Of a DNA stretch of 64,000 nt, positions 1-7,629 are shown in pieces (the first letter of the stretch is position 1; every line of letters starts with the position of its first letter). Location: assembly GCA_049510745.1 (NCBI GenBank), contig JBEKYR010000014.1:32001-96000 (forward strand). Direction: 5' to 3'. The position numbers were made by a program, and so were the translations under genes. The stretch comes from Verrucomicrobiota bacterium (GTDB taxonomy: Bacteria > Verrucomicrobiota > Verrucomicrobiia > Limisphaerales > Palsa-1400). The notes beneath the pieces were generated by a model. That model was not told where the DNA came from. It did not search any database and saw only the letters and a program-made list of their open reading frames with translations.

Positions 1-795
1 GTCGAGGTTCCGGCTGGCGCCTTCAATTCGCGTGGTTGGAAAAAACCCGACTATCAATTCATCGCAGAAAAGGCGTATTTGCGGGATGCTTTGAGTTATT
101 TTTTTGATATCACCCCACTACTGGTAACACAAAAAGGGAAGGTTCCGGACGGACTGTATAATATCTCCGCAGCCGCTCCTCCGGGGCAACTTCCGCAGCT
201 TCAGGCCGCGGTTGTGGCTGCGGTGAAAGAGAAGTTGGGCATCACCGTCGTGACAAATCTCCAACAGACCCAAGTCTATAGCCTTATCGTTTATTCATCT
301 AACGCACCTTGTCTGCAAAGGGATCAAAAGACCGGCGGTGGCGGTGGACGTCCTGGAGGTTTTTATCTGCAAGGGAGCCATATGAAAGCGATCTGTTCCT
401 TTCTGGAGGACGCCGTCAACAAGCCGGTCATAGACGAGTCGGGGCTGACCGGCTTATGGAAGGTGGACTTTAATTGGCCAATGTCGGAATCAGAGTTATT
501 GCAACAACGGCTCTGTCACCAGTTTTACGCGATTCTTGACATGCCTCCCGAGAAGATCGACCTCGAAGATTTGCCACAGCATCTGCAAAAGGCCGTCTCG
601 TCTCACGAACTCCAGTTATTGAAAATCGAACTAGCCAAGCCGGTTCATCAACGTTTTCAACCCGATCCAGTCAAAGTCATCAAGGCCGCTCGTCAACAGT
701 TGGGATTGGACCTTAAACTGACTATGCGGAAAATGCCGACCCTCTTGATTGATGCAAATCCATCCTCAGAGGCCGATCGAAAGCAGTCTCCGTGA
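1..795 (+). CDS. TIGR03435-like (DUF3738) protein, 5' end outside window
   Basis: Frame is open from base 1. Motifs 'LEDAVNKPVIDESGLTGLWKVDFNW' and 'QLGLDLKLTMRKMPTLLID' resemble this family. GC is visibly lower than in neighbouring genes. Confidence 0.7.
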   Translation, partial: VEVPAGAFNSRGWKKPDYQFIAEKAYLRDALSYFFDITPLLVTQKGKVPDGLYNISAAAPPGQLPQLQAAVVAAVKEKLGITVVTNLQQTQVYSLIVYSSNAPCLQRDQKTGGGGGRPGGFYLQGSHMKAICSFLEDAVNKPVIDESGLTGLWKVDFNWPMSESELLQQRLCHQFYAILDMPPEKIDLEDLPQHLQKAVSSHELQLLKIELAKPVHQRFQPDPVKVIKAARQQLGLDLKLTMRKMPTLLIDANPSSEADRKQSP

Positions 796-920
796 CGAAC
801 TGGGGAAGCGTGCTTCGAGACTTTACTTGCGCTAATCAATCAATCCCAGCCGACCAGTTCGACCGCCGTCCGGGCCACCCCCAAATCGGGCCCCGGCGCT
901 ACGCTACAGGCCGCCAGCCG

Positions 921-990
921 TCGGCTCGCTTCGCTCCGACAACTGTCCGAAATGGATTGGAACAGGTGTCCGAATTGATCGGAATCCGCA
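921..990. mobile_element. IS21-family-like terminal end (orphan; no istA/istB in window)
   Basis: Ends in ...GGAATCCGCA (reverse complement TGCGGATTCCGATC...). Two ~20-bp imperfect repeats (944-963, 967-986) lie 23 bp apart and are preceded by CGCTTCGCTCC, a layout typical of IS21-family ends. Confidence 0.65.
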
Positions 991-1177
991 TAGGATCGCC
1001 CGCTTTTTAAGTTTTCTCGTGCATTTCAGCCAACGTGGCGCCGGCTCAAACAATCGCTTTTTCGAGCCTCGCCAGTGCAATAGGGCAAATCCAACGAGCG
1101 GCCCGGCCGGGAAATCAGATACAACCGCCTCTTTTCGTCCCTTTCGTCCGTCTCCGTCCTTTTCGTGCATTTCCTTA

Positions 1178-1200
1178 TCTTAATCGTAATCGTAATCCTC
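1178..1200. repeat. TAATCG hexamer microsatellite (related to GATTAA repeat at 61332)
   Basis: TCT-TAATCG-TAATCG-TAATC-CTC read directly. Confidence 0.8.
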
Positions 1201-1247
1201 TTTCCCTCCCCAAAGCCAAAAAAAAACGGAAAAAGTAACAAAAAGAC

Positions 1248-1304
1248 TTGCATATACAGAATACTGTGTCATATTCGCAACGTGCGAGAACTTGCTCTTT
1301 GACA
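1248..1304 (+). promoter_or_regulatory. Putative sigma70 promoter followed by boxA-like antitermination site
   Basis: A-tracts upstream, TTGCAT (1248-1253), TGn-CATATT (1267-1275), then TGCTCTTTGACA (1293-1304), one mismatch from E. coli boxA TGCTCTTTAACA. Confidence 0.45.
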
Positions 1305-1400
1305 TAAAGTGGAGCCGCCGCGGGAAACCTCCTGTCACCTCGCCGCAGGACGGACCCCACGCCGCCCGCAATGGCGTCATTCACGACCGCCGCATGGCCA

Positions 1401-1470
1401 ATCGTGCTGAATCGTGCTGAATCGTGCCGAATCGTGCTGAATCGTGCTGAATCGTGCTAAATCGTGCCAA
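1401..1470. repeat. Tandem repeat, 7 x 10 bp (ATCGTGCTGA consensus)
   Basis: Seven consecutive units: four exact, plus ATCGTGCCGA, ATCGTGCTAA and ATCGTGCCAA. Confidence 0.95.
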
Positions 1471-1564
1471 AAAAAGAAAAATCCCAACCACGATTGATGA
1501 ACCATCAGATCTCGCTTTAGCCTTTAGCGTTTAGCCTTCAAGCCCTTCCCCCGTCGCTCCGAGT

Positions 1565-1594
1565 CAATTCGACCCAATTCGACCCAATTCGACC
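1565..1594. repeat. Tandem repeat, 3 x 10 bp (CAATTCGACC)
   Basis: Three exact units read directly. Confidence 0.9.
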
Positions 1595-1776
1595 GAAATC
1601 AATGTTCCTCCGGCCGGGCTTCAACCCTCCCGGCGGGGCTTCTCCCGCTTGTGCAGGGCTGTGTCGGATTGTGCCACGAATTCGCAAGCGCCTTGAGTGC
1701 AATGGTATCCGCCGGAAAGACTGTTGATTTACGGTCTTGCAATCGTGGCCAGGAAGGATACGATGGCATTAGGAAA

Positions 1777-1850
1777 ACGGGTGTGGTTCAATGGGAGAAT
1801 GCGGGCTTCCCAAGCCTGAGAGGAGGGTTCGATCCCCTTCACCCGCTCCA
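1777..1850 (+). tRNA. tRNA-Gly(CCC), degenerate or possible pseudo-tRNA
   Basis: Cloverleaf with anticodon arm CGGGC-TTCCCAA-GCCTG, T-loop TTCGATC and CCA end. It has an A1:C72 mismatch and other non-consensus bases. Confidence 0.75.
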
Positions 1851-1867
1851 TTGATAATAACGAATTT

Positions 1868-3271
1868 GTGAATCTTGCGCAAAAACACTTCTCAGTGAAG
1901 CACGCGCCTTCAAAGAGCAGATTCCTGTTGCTGGCCCTGGCTGCGGGGCTTGTCATGGGAATGGAGACCTCCGCGCAATTCGCTGACGGCGGCTTTGAGC
2001 TCGATACTTCGGGCTGGCCGCCCGCCTCCCCGTGGGTCGTTACGACGTACATGAACCCGGTCGATGGCGTCACCTTGCAGACTCCGCAAACAGAAGCGGA
2101 ATTGAACCTGCTCGAAGGCGGTTCTGACTTGACCTCTGTCACAAACTCCCCCACCGGGCCTGATTCTCAGCCGGACCCCAACGTCGGCGCGGACGCATCG
2201 CTCCGCTGGCCCAGGTACGGATACCAGTGCGCCCTGATCAATCAGGATGGGAGAGACGAAAACGCCAACTCGTTATCGCAGAGCGCAACAGTCGGAGCCG
2301 GCATGATCAATCCTATTGACGGCCAAGTGCATGTGAGCTTTGTGGTGGCGCCTGTGCTTGAGAACCCCCACCACCTGCCCTTTCAACAACCATACTATTT
2401 CATCCAGTTGACGGACGATACACAGAACACCATTCTGTACCAGGATTTTGGCGCGCTGGACGACCCGGATATCCCGTGGAAAATCGTGACCACAGATGTC
2501 ACTGAATATGACTACACGGACTGGCAACTCATAGACGTTGTGCCCGACGGCACCAATGTTGCGATGGGCGACCAGCTCACGCTCACAGCCATCGCCAGCG
2601 GCTGCTCTCTCGGAGGTCATATGGGCCAGATGTACGTTGACGGCATTGATGGGGCCACAAATTTGATCCCCGGCATCTTCGTGACTGGCACGGCCGCCCA
2701 AGCGGCCCTCGCCGGCGGCAACCTGACCTACACGCTGGCTTACAGGAACGGGTCCGCTTCCGCGGAGGCCGGAGTGGTGCTTTGCTTCAACACGCCGCTG
2801 AACACCACCTTCCAATCGCTCGATGCCCCCGGGCTGGCGGCCTCCCCCCCGCAGGTCGGGATGCCTGGCATGGTTTCATGCACGCTTACCAACCTCGCCC
2901 CGGGCGCCAGTGGCAGCCTCACCGTTACCGTCAATATCAACCCCGGCACGACCGGCACAATCACTGCCAGAAATTACTATATCTACTCAAATATTGAACC
3001 GCCGCTTCTCGGCCCCAAGCTCAGCACCCTGCTGGTCAATCTCAATCCCATCCTGCTCTCCGCGCCCACCCTGTCCGTCGACGGCAGCTTCTCCTTCGGC
3101 TTCACCAACGCCCCCGGGGTCTGCTTCACCGTCTTGAGCACGACCAACCTCTCATTGCCGTTGAGTCAATGGACCGTCTCGGGCGGCGTGGTGGAGAACC
3201 CCGCCGGCAATTACACGTTTACCGACAACGCCACGAAACAGGAATACTTCTATTGCGTCCGTTGGCCTTAA
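1868..3271 (+). CDS. Secreted protein with DUF11-like Ig domain and Verrucomicrobia-type C-terminal domain
   Basis: Signal peptide ending TSA|Q, a DUF11-like 'GGNLTYTLAYRNG...LAPGASGSLTVTV' segment, and a C-terminal 'FSFGFTN..FTVLSTTNL..W..YTFTD..YFYCVRWP' module. Confidence 0.75.
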   Translation: MNLAQKHFSVKHAPSKSRFLLLALAAGLVMGMETSAQFADGGFELDTSGWPPASPWVVTTYMNPVDGVTLQTPQTEAELNLLEGGSDLTSVTNSPTGPDSQPDPNVGADASLRWPRYGYQCALINQDGRDENANSLSQSATVGAGMINPIDGQVHVSFVVAPVLENPHHLPFQQPYYFIQLTDDTQNTILYQDFGALDDPDIPWKIVTTDVTEYDYTDWQLIDVVPDGTNVAMGDQLTLTAIASGCSLGGHMGQMYVDGIDGATNLIPGIFVTGTAAQAALAGGNLTYTLAYRNGSASAEAGVVLCFNTPLNTTFQSLDAPGLAASPPQVGMPGMVSCTLTNLAPGASGSLTVTVNINPGTTGTITARNYYIYSNIEPPLLGPKLSTLLVNLNPILLSAPTLSVDGSFSFGFTNAPGVCFTVLSTTNLSLPLSQWTVSGGVVENPAGNYTFTDNATKQEYFYCVRWP

Positions 3272-3411
3272 AGGCTTTTGCGACGCCCCCAACGCCGGTG
3301 CTGGTGAAAGTTGGTCGAAAAAACATGACTCGATATGCTCCAGCGTTTCCCGCGTGAGGAAATGCGCCGGGCGCGGTCAAAGTTGTTAGGAAATCAAAAC
3401 ATGAGGAAGTT

Positions 3412-3876
3412 ATGAGTTGTGTTTGCATCTTAACGCCGCTGGTCATCGCCGCCTGGCCCGCTTTCAGCGCCGCCGTGGCCGCCGCCGCCAGTTCACTCGG
3501 CTACCAGGTCATTGCCACCGCCCAGGAAGAGACCGTCGCCAACGTTTCATCCAACAGTGTCCAGCTTGAAATCGCCCGCAGCGAGGTCGTCACCAGCCAG
3601 TTGGGCCGCCAGCAGCGGATCGTCGTCGCGCGCGGCGGCGTCTCGGTGACCTTCTCGCGCGACGCCCGCGGCAAGGCCTCCCTCTGCGTCACCGGCGAGG
3701 GCCACGACCGCGAGGAACTCAAGGCCCTGGGCAAGGAGTTGAGCCAGGCCGTCGTGCAACAATATGTGTACCAAAAGCTTATGGACGAAATGCGGTCGCG
3801 CGGCTTCATCGTCGTGGAAGAGCAAGCCAGCGAAGACCGCTCCATCCGCCTCAAGGTGCGCCATTGGGAGAATTGA
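3412..3876 (+). CDS. DUF1257 (Ycf35)-like protein
   Basis: RBS GAGG upstream. C-terminal 'QQYVYQKLMDEMRSRGFIVVEEQASEDRSIRLKV' resembles DUF1257, and the gene sits next to a DUF2997-like gene. Confidence 0.6.
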   Translation: MSCVCILTPLVIAAWPAFSAAVAAAASSLGYQVIATAQEETVANVSSNSVQLEIARSEVVTSQLGRQQRIVVARGGVSVTFSRDARGKASLCVTGEGHDREELKALGKELSQAVVQQYVYQKLMDEMRSRGFIVVEEQASEDRSIRLKVRHWEN

Positions 3877-3878
3877 CC

Positions 3879-4085
3879 ATGCCACAACGCGAATTTGACA
3901 TCACCATCGCCAAAGACGGCAGCGTCGAACTGCACGTCAAAGGTTACAAGGGCCGCGCCTGCCAGGAGGCGGCCAAAATCTTTGAGCAAATCGTCGGCGA
4001 AATGCAGTCCGAACGCCAGACCAGCGAGTTCTATGAACCGGAAGAGCAAGTCCGCTTTCGCCAGGATCAACGTCACGGAACATGA
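3879..4085 (+). CDS. DUF2997-like small protein
   Basis: 'FDITIAKDGSVELHVKGYKGRACQEAAKIFEQIVG..TSEFYE' matches the DUF2997 pattern. Confidence 0.8.
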   Translation: MPQREFDITIAKDGSVELHVKGYKGRACQEAAKIFEQIVGEMQSERQTSEFYEPEEQVRFRQDQRHGT

Positions 4086-4945
4086 CCCGCCCTGATTCAC
4101 CCTACTATCCGCGGCGGGCCAACCTGTTCAGCCCCCTGCTCGCTTGGGGCGACGCTTTGCACCGGTTGTGGGACCGCAGCGGCTTGCTCCTGGCGGACAA
4201 GGTCACGGTCAGGGGCGTCATTGCCAGCGTGTTTGTGCCGGGATTGGCGCTGTATCTCCGGGGGCCGCGCGCCTCGGGCCGGGCCGCGATGGGGGTATGC
4301 GCCCTCTTGTTTCTGTTTTTCATGGCTTTTCTCGGCTATCCGCTGGGCACGCTTGCGCTCGCCCTTTTGATGTCCATCCATGTTACGGGCGTGGTCGCTT
4401 ATTACCAGCCTGTCGTGGCCTCCGCGCGCTTGTCCTTTCGTTTGATGGCCACCCTGATGTTGTGCGCGCTGACAATTGGGTTCGTGTATCTGCCGGCGCG
4501 CGACCTGTTGGAGAACCGCTGGCTCATGCCATTGCAGGTCAAGGGCCAGGTGGTTGTCATCCACCGCCTCACCTCGCCCGTGACGCTCCGGCGCGGGGAC
4601 TGGATCGCTTTTCGGAATGGTTCGATCGGCGGCGACCACATGTACATTCGTTCCGGCGTCAACTTCGCCCCTGTCCTGGCCCTTCCAGGAGATCAAGTGG
4701 AGTTTTCGGCCGAGGCGTTTTCCGTCAACGGCGTGGCGCAACCGCGCCGGCAGAACATGCCCCAGTCGGGCGGATTCACCGTTGACCGAAACTGCTGGTT
4801 TGCCTGGCCGGAGTTTGCTATATACGCCCACGGACACGCGATGGATGTGTCCGGCATGGTGATGCAGATGGCCCTGGTGTCGAAAGACGAGCTTATCGGC
4901 AAACCTTTCGATCACTGGTTTTGGCGGCGGCAATCGTTCCAATGA
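4082..4945 (+). CDS. Membrane protein with S26 signal-peptidase-like domain, catalytic residues apparently absent
   Basis: Several N-terminal TM helices, then 'LRRGDWIAF...VLALPGDQVEF...SVNG...ELIGKP'. There is no SMxP box and no K in the KR box. Confidence 0.65.
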   Translation: MTRPDSPYYPRRANLFSPLLAWGDALHRLWDRSGLLLADKVTVRGVIASVFVPGLALYLRGPRASGRAAMGVCALLFLFFMAFLGYPLGTLALALLMSIHVTGVVAYYQPVVASARLSFRLMATLMLCALTIGFVYLPARDLLENRWLMPLQVKGQVVVIHRLTSPVTLRRGDWIAFRNGSIGGDHMYIRSGVNFAPVLALPGDQVEFSAEAFSVNGVAQPRRQNMPQSGGFTVDRNCWFAWPEFAIYAHGHAMDVSGMVMQMALVSKDELIGKPFDHWFWRRQSFQ

Positions 4946-5718
4946 GCAGGTTTATCAATCTTGAATTCGGCGGTGAGTCCGAGGACCAGTCCCTCGGCTC
5001 GGAGCAGGGATTGGCCAAGGACGAAGCTTATTACTTGCGCGAGGCCCAGGCCGCCTTTGAAAACGCCGACTTCGAGAAAGCCCTCCGCCATTACGCCCGC
5101 GTCCTGGAGTTCAATCCCCAAAACGCCGCCGCCTGGACCGCCCAGGTCCGAATGCTCATTGAACTGGGCGAGTACCGCGAAGCCAAAATCTGGGCTGACA
5201 AAGCCCTGGAACGCTTTCCCCAGGAGCCGGAGTTGCTCGCCGCCAAGGCCGTCACCCTCTGCCGTGGCGGCGACCTGCAAAGCGCGATGGCTTTTTCCGA
5301 CGCTGCCATCGAGGAGCGGGGCGACACCCCCTATATCTGGCTGGCGCGGGGCGACGTGCTGCTGGCGTGCAAGGAGCCACGGGCGGATTATTGCTTTGAA
5401 AAGGCTCTGCTGCTGGCCCCGCGCAACTGGTTCGTCGCCTGGCTGGCGGCCCGCATCCGCGCCTATTACAAGCAATTTGTCTTTGCCCTCAACTTGCTGC
5501 AAAAGGCCATCGAGTGGAACACGGGCCATTTCCTGCTCTGGCTCGAATTGGGCCGCTGCCAGGAGAGCCTCGGCTTCCTGGGTCCCGCTGAATCCTCCTT
5601 CACCCAGGCCCTCCAACTCAACCCCAATTGCCATGCCGCCGACCAGGCCCTGACCCGCCTGCTTTCCCGCGGCCTCACCGACCGCGTGCGCGGCTGGTGG
5701 CGGCGCCTGGGAAAATGA
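4942..5718 (+). CDS. Tetratricopeptide repeat protein
   Basis: Repeated TPR patterns ('ALRHYARVLEFNPQNAAAW', 'AESSFTQALQLNP'). ATGA overlap with the upstream gene. Confidence 0.9.
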   Translation: MSRFINLEFGGESEDQSLGSEQGLAKDEAYYLREAQAAFENADFEKALRHYARVLEFNPQNAAAWTAQVRMLIELGEYREAKIWADKALERFPQEPELLAAKAVTLCRGGDLQSAMAFSDAAIEERGDTPYIWLARGDVLLACKEPRADYCFEKALLLAPRNWFVAWLAARIRAYYKQFVFALNLLQKAIEWNTGHFLLWLELGRCQESLGFLGPAESSFTQALQLNPNCHAADQALTRLLSRGLTDRVRGWWRRLGK

Positions 5719-6791
5719 CCGCCGCCACCATGAGCACCGCCAACATCGACCGCCTCTTATCGGCCGTCAGTGATTTTCAGGCCTCGGACCTTCACCTGGT
5801 CGCCGGCGTGCCCCCCGCCTTCCGCGTCAACGGCGAAATCATCCTGGCCAACAGCGATGCCTTGACGGAGGAGGAAGTGACAGAATTGGCCGACAGCCTG
5901 TTGAACGAGCAGCAAAAGAAAAAGCTGGAGCAGGACTGGGAACTTTGCATCTCCAAACACCATGACGCCGTTGGCCGCATGCGCGTGACCTTCTACAGGC
6001 GCAACGGCCATCCCGAACTGAGCCTGCGCTTTTGCGGCCATCACATCGCTTCGCGCGAGGAACTGGGCCTGCCGGAGAAACTCGACGAGTTGGCGCGCCG
6101 GCCCAACGGCCTGGTCCTGGTCACCGGCGCCACCGGCGCCGGCAAAACCACCACCCTCAATTATCTGGTCGATCTCATCAACAACGAGCGCCGCTGCAAG
6201 ATCGTCACCATCGAGGACCCGATTGAATTTGTCCATGAGAACAAGCGGGCCATCGTCGTCCAGCAGGAGGTCCTCACCGACGTCCGCTCCTTCAACCGCG
6301 CCCTCATCCACGTCTTGCGCCAGGACCCGGACGTGATCGTCGTGGGCGAGATGCGGGACCACGAAGCGATCTCCACCGCGCTGACGGCGGCCGAGACGGG
6401 CCATCTGGTGCTGGCCACGATGCACTCCCCCAACGTGTCTCACGCCCTGGAGCGGATCATCGGCGTCTTTGAAGGCAACGCACAGCGGCAGATCGTTCTC
6501 CAATTGTCCAATTCATTGCAGGGGATCATCGCCCAGGACTTGCTGCCCGCCACCGACCGCAACCGGCGCGTGCTTGCCTATGAGCTGCTCATCGCCACCA
6601 ACGGCGTCCGCAACATGATCCGCGAGCACCAACTCCATCAACTGGACAACGCCATTCAAATGGGGCGCAAGGAAGGCATGGTCCTCATGGACAACTGCCT
6701 TTACGACCTCTATTGCAAGTGCCTCATCACCTACGACTCCGCCATCAGCCGCGCCCGCACTCCCGAACGCATCCTCCGCGACAAGAAATGA
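5715..6791 (+). CDS. pilT: PilT/PilU-family retraction ATPase
   Basis: ASDLHL, Walker A GATGAGKTT, TIEDPIE, LRQDPDVIVVGEMRD, AAETGHLV and the PilT AIRNLIRE-like motif 'GVRNMIRE'. Confidence 0.9.
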   Translation: MTAATMSTANIDRLLSAVSDFQASDLHLVAGVPPAFRVNGEIILANSDALTEEEVTELADSLLNEQQKKKLEQDWELCISKHHDAVGRMRVTFYRRNGHPELSLRFCGHHIASREELGLPEKLDELARRPNGLVLVTGATGAGKTTTLNYLVDLINNERRCKIVTIEDPIEFVHENKRAIVVQQEVLTDVRSFNRALIHVLRQDPDVIVVGEMRDHEAISTALTAAETGHLVLATMHSPNVSHALERIIGVFEGNAQRQIVLQLSNSLQGIIAQDLLPATDRNRRVLAYELLIATNGVRNMIREHQLHQLDNAIQMGRKEGMVLMDNCLYDLYCKCLITYDSAISRARTPERILRDKK

Positions 6792-6806
6792 CTCGTTCGC
6801 GCGGAT

Positions 6807-6845
6807 TGCGCAACTTTTGCGCACTCACCGAGCAACATCTGCGCG
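6807..6845. promoter_or_regulatory. Putative tandem enhancer-binding-protein sites
   Basis: Palindrome TGCGCAACTTTTGCGCA (6807-6823) and a related copy CGAGCAACATCTGCGCG (6829-6845), offset 22 bp, upstream of a sigma54 promoter. Confidence 0.55.
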
Positions 6846-6908
6846 GAGACGCGGGCGGCGGCGGGCCAAAACACCGGTTTCATTCAGCAAACCAACCGAC
6901 GCAACGCT

Positions 6909-6923
6909 TGGCACACAAGTTGC
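6909..6923 (+). promoter_or_regulatory. sigma54 (-24/-12) promoter
   Basis: TGGCAC-ACAAG-TTGC is a consensus match, about 80 bp upstream of the gene at 7005. Confidence 0.8.
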
Positions 6924-7004
6924 CTACGGTTGGCTGACGTCAACTGTTTTCGGGGCGCAAATGAGCGCCTGCGAACTGGTTAACCACAATATTCAACGTA
7001 AATT

Positions 7005-7535
7005 ATGAACATACTTAGGAAAGCTCTGATAGCCGGCGCGTGCGCGTGCGCGCTCTTTTCAACTACGGGCAGCCTCATGGCCCAGGGACGCCCCAATTTC
7101 GATCCCGCCCAAATGAAAAAAGACAGGCTCGACAGCCTGCGCGATCAAATGGAGATCAAGGACGATCAGGAATGGACCGCGATCGAAGCCAAACTCAGCA
7201 AAGCCTACGATGCCCGCGCCAACGTCATGGGCATCAGCATGCGCGGCGCTTTCGGCCGCGGCGGACCACGCCGCAATCCGAACAACGGCAACGCGGATGA
7301 TCAGACGCAAAGGCCGCGCCGGAACCCGTTCGGCGACCCAAGCCCCGCCTTCGATGCCCTGCAAAAAGCCATCGATGACAAGGCCCCCAGCGCCGAGATC
7401 AAGACCAAGCTGGCCGCTTACCGCGCCGACGTCAAGGACCGCGAGGCCAAGCTCGCAGCGGCCCAGGAAGATTTGCGCAGCGTCCTGACGCCCCGCCAGG
7501 AAGCCATCGCCACCATCAACGGTCTTTTGCAATAG
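7005..7535 (+). CDS. Periplasmic helical LTxxQ-motif protein (Spy/CpxP/ZraP-like)
   Basis: Signal peptide ending LMA|Q, helical and charged sequence, C-terminal 'VLTPRQ' (LTxxQ). Confidence 0.65.
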   Translation: MNILRKALIAGACACALFSTTGSLMAQGRPNFDPAQMKKDRLDSLRDQMEIKDDQEWTAIEAKLSKAYDARANVMGISMRGAFGRGGPRRNPNNGNADDQTQRPRRNPFGDPSPAFDALQKAIDDKAPSAEIKTKLAAYRADVKDREAKLAAAQEDLRSVLTPRQEAIATINGLLQ

Positions 7536-7555
7536 ACTCCCCCAACGGGGAGTCT
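7534..7555 (+). terminator. Hairpin after the LTxxQ gene (partial terminator or mRNA stabiliser)
   Basis: AGACTCCCC-CAAC-GGGGAGTCT, a 9-bp perfect stem with a weak U-tract. Confidence 0.55.
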
Positions 7556-7629
7556 TACTGTGGCCGCGCCGGGCGTTCCGAGGGGCGGACATCCCCGGAC
7601 GCCGGCGCCGCCGCAGGAGGCCCATTAAA

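Noticed and set aside
1401..1594. Possible CRISPR array
   Set aside because: Units are 10 bp, contiguous and without spacers; no cas genes are present.
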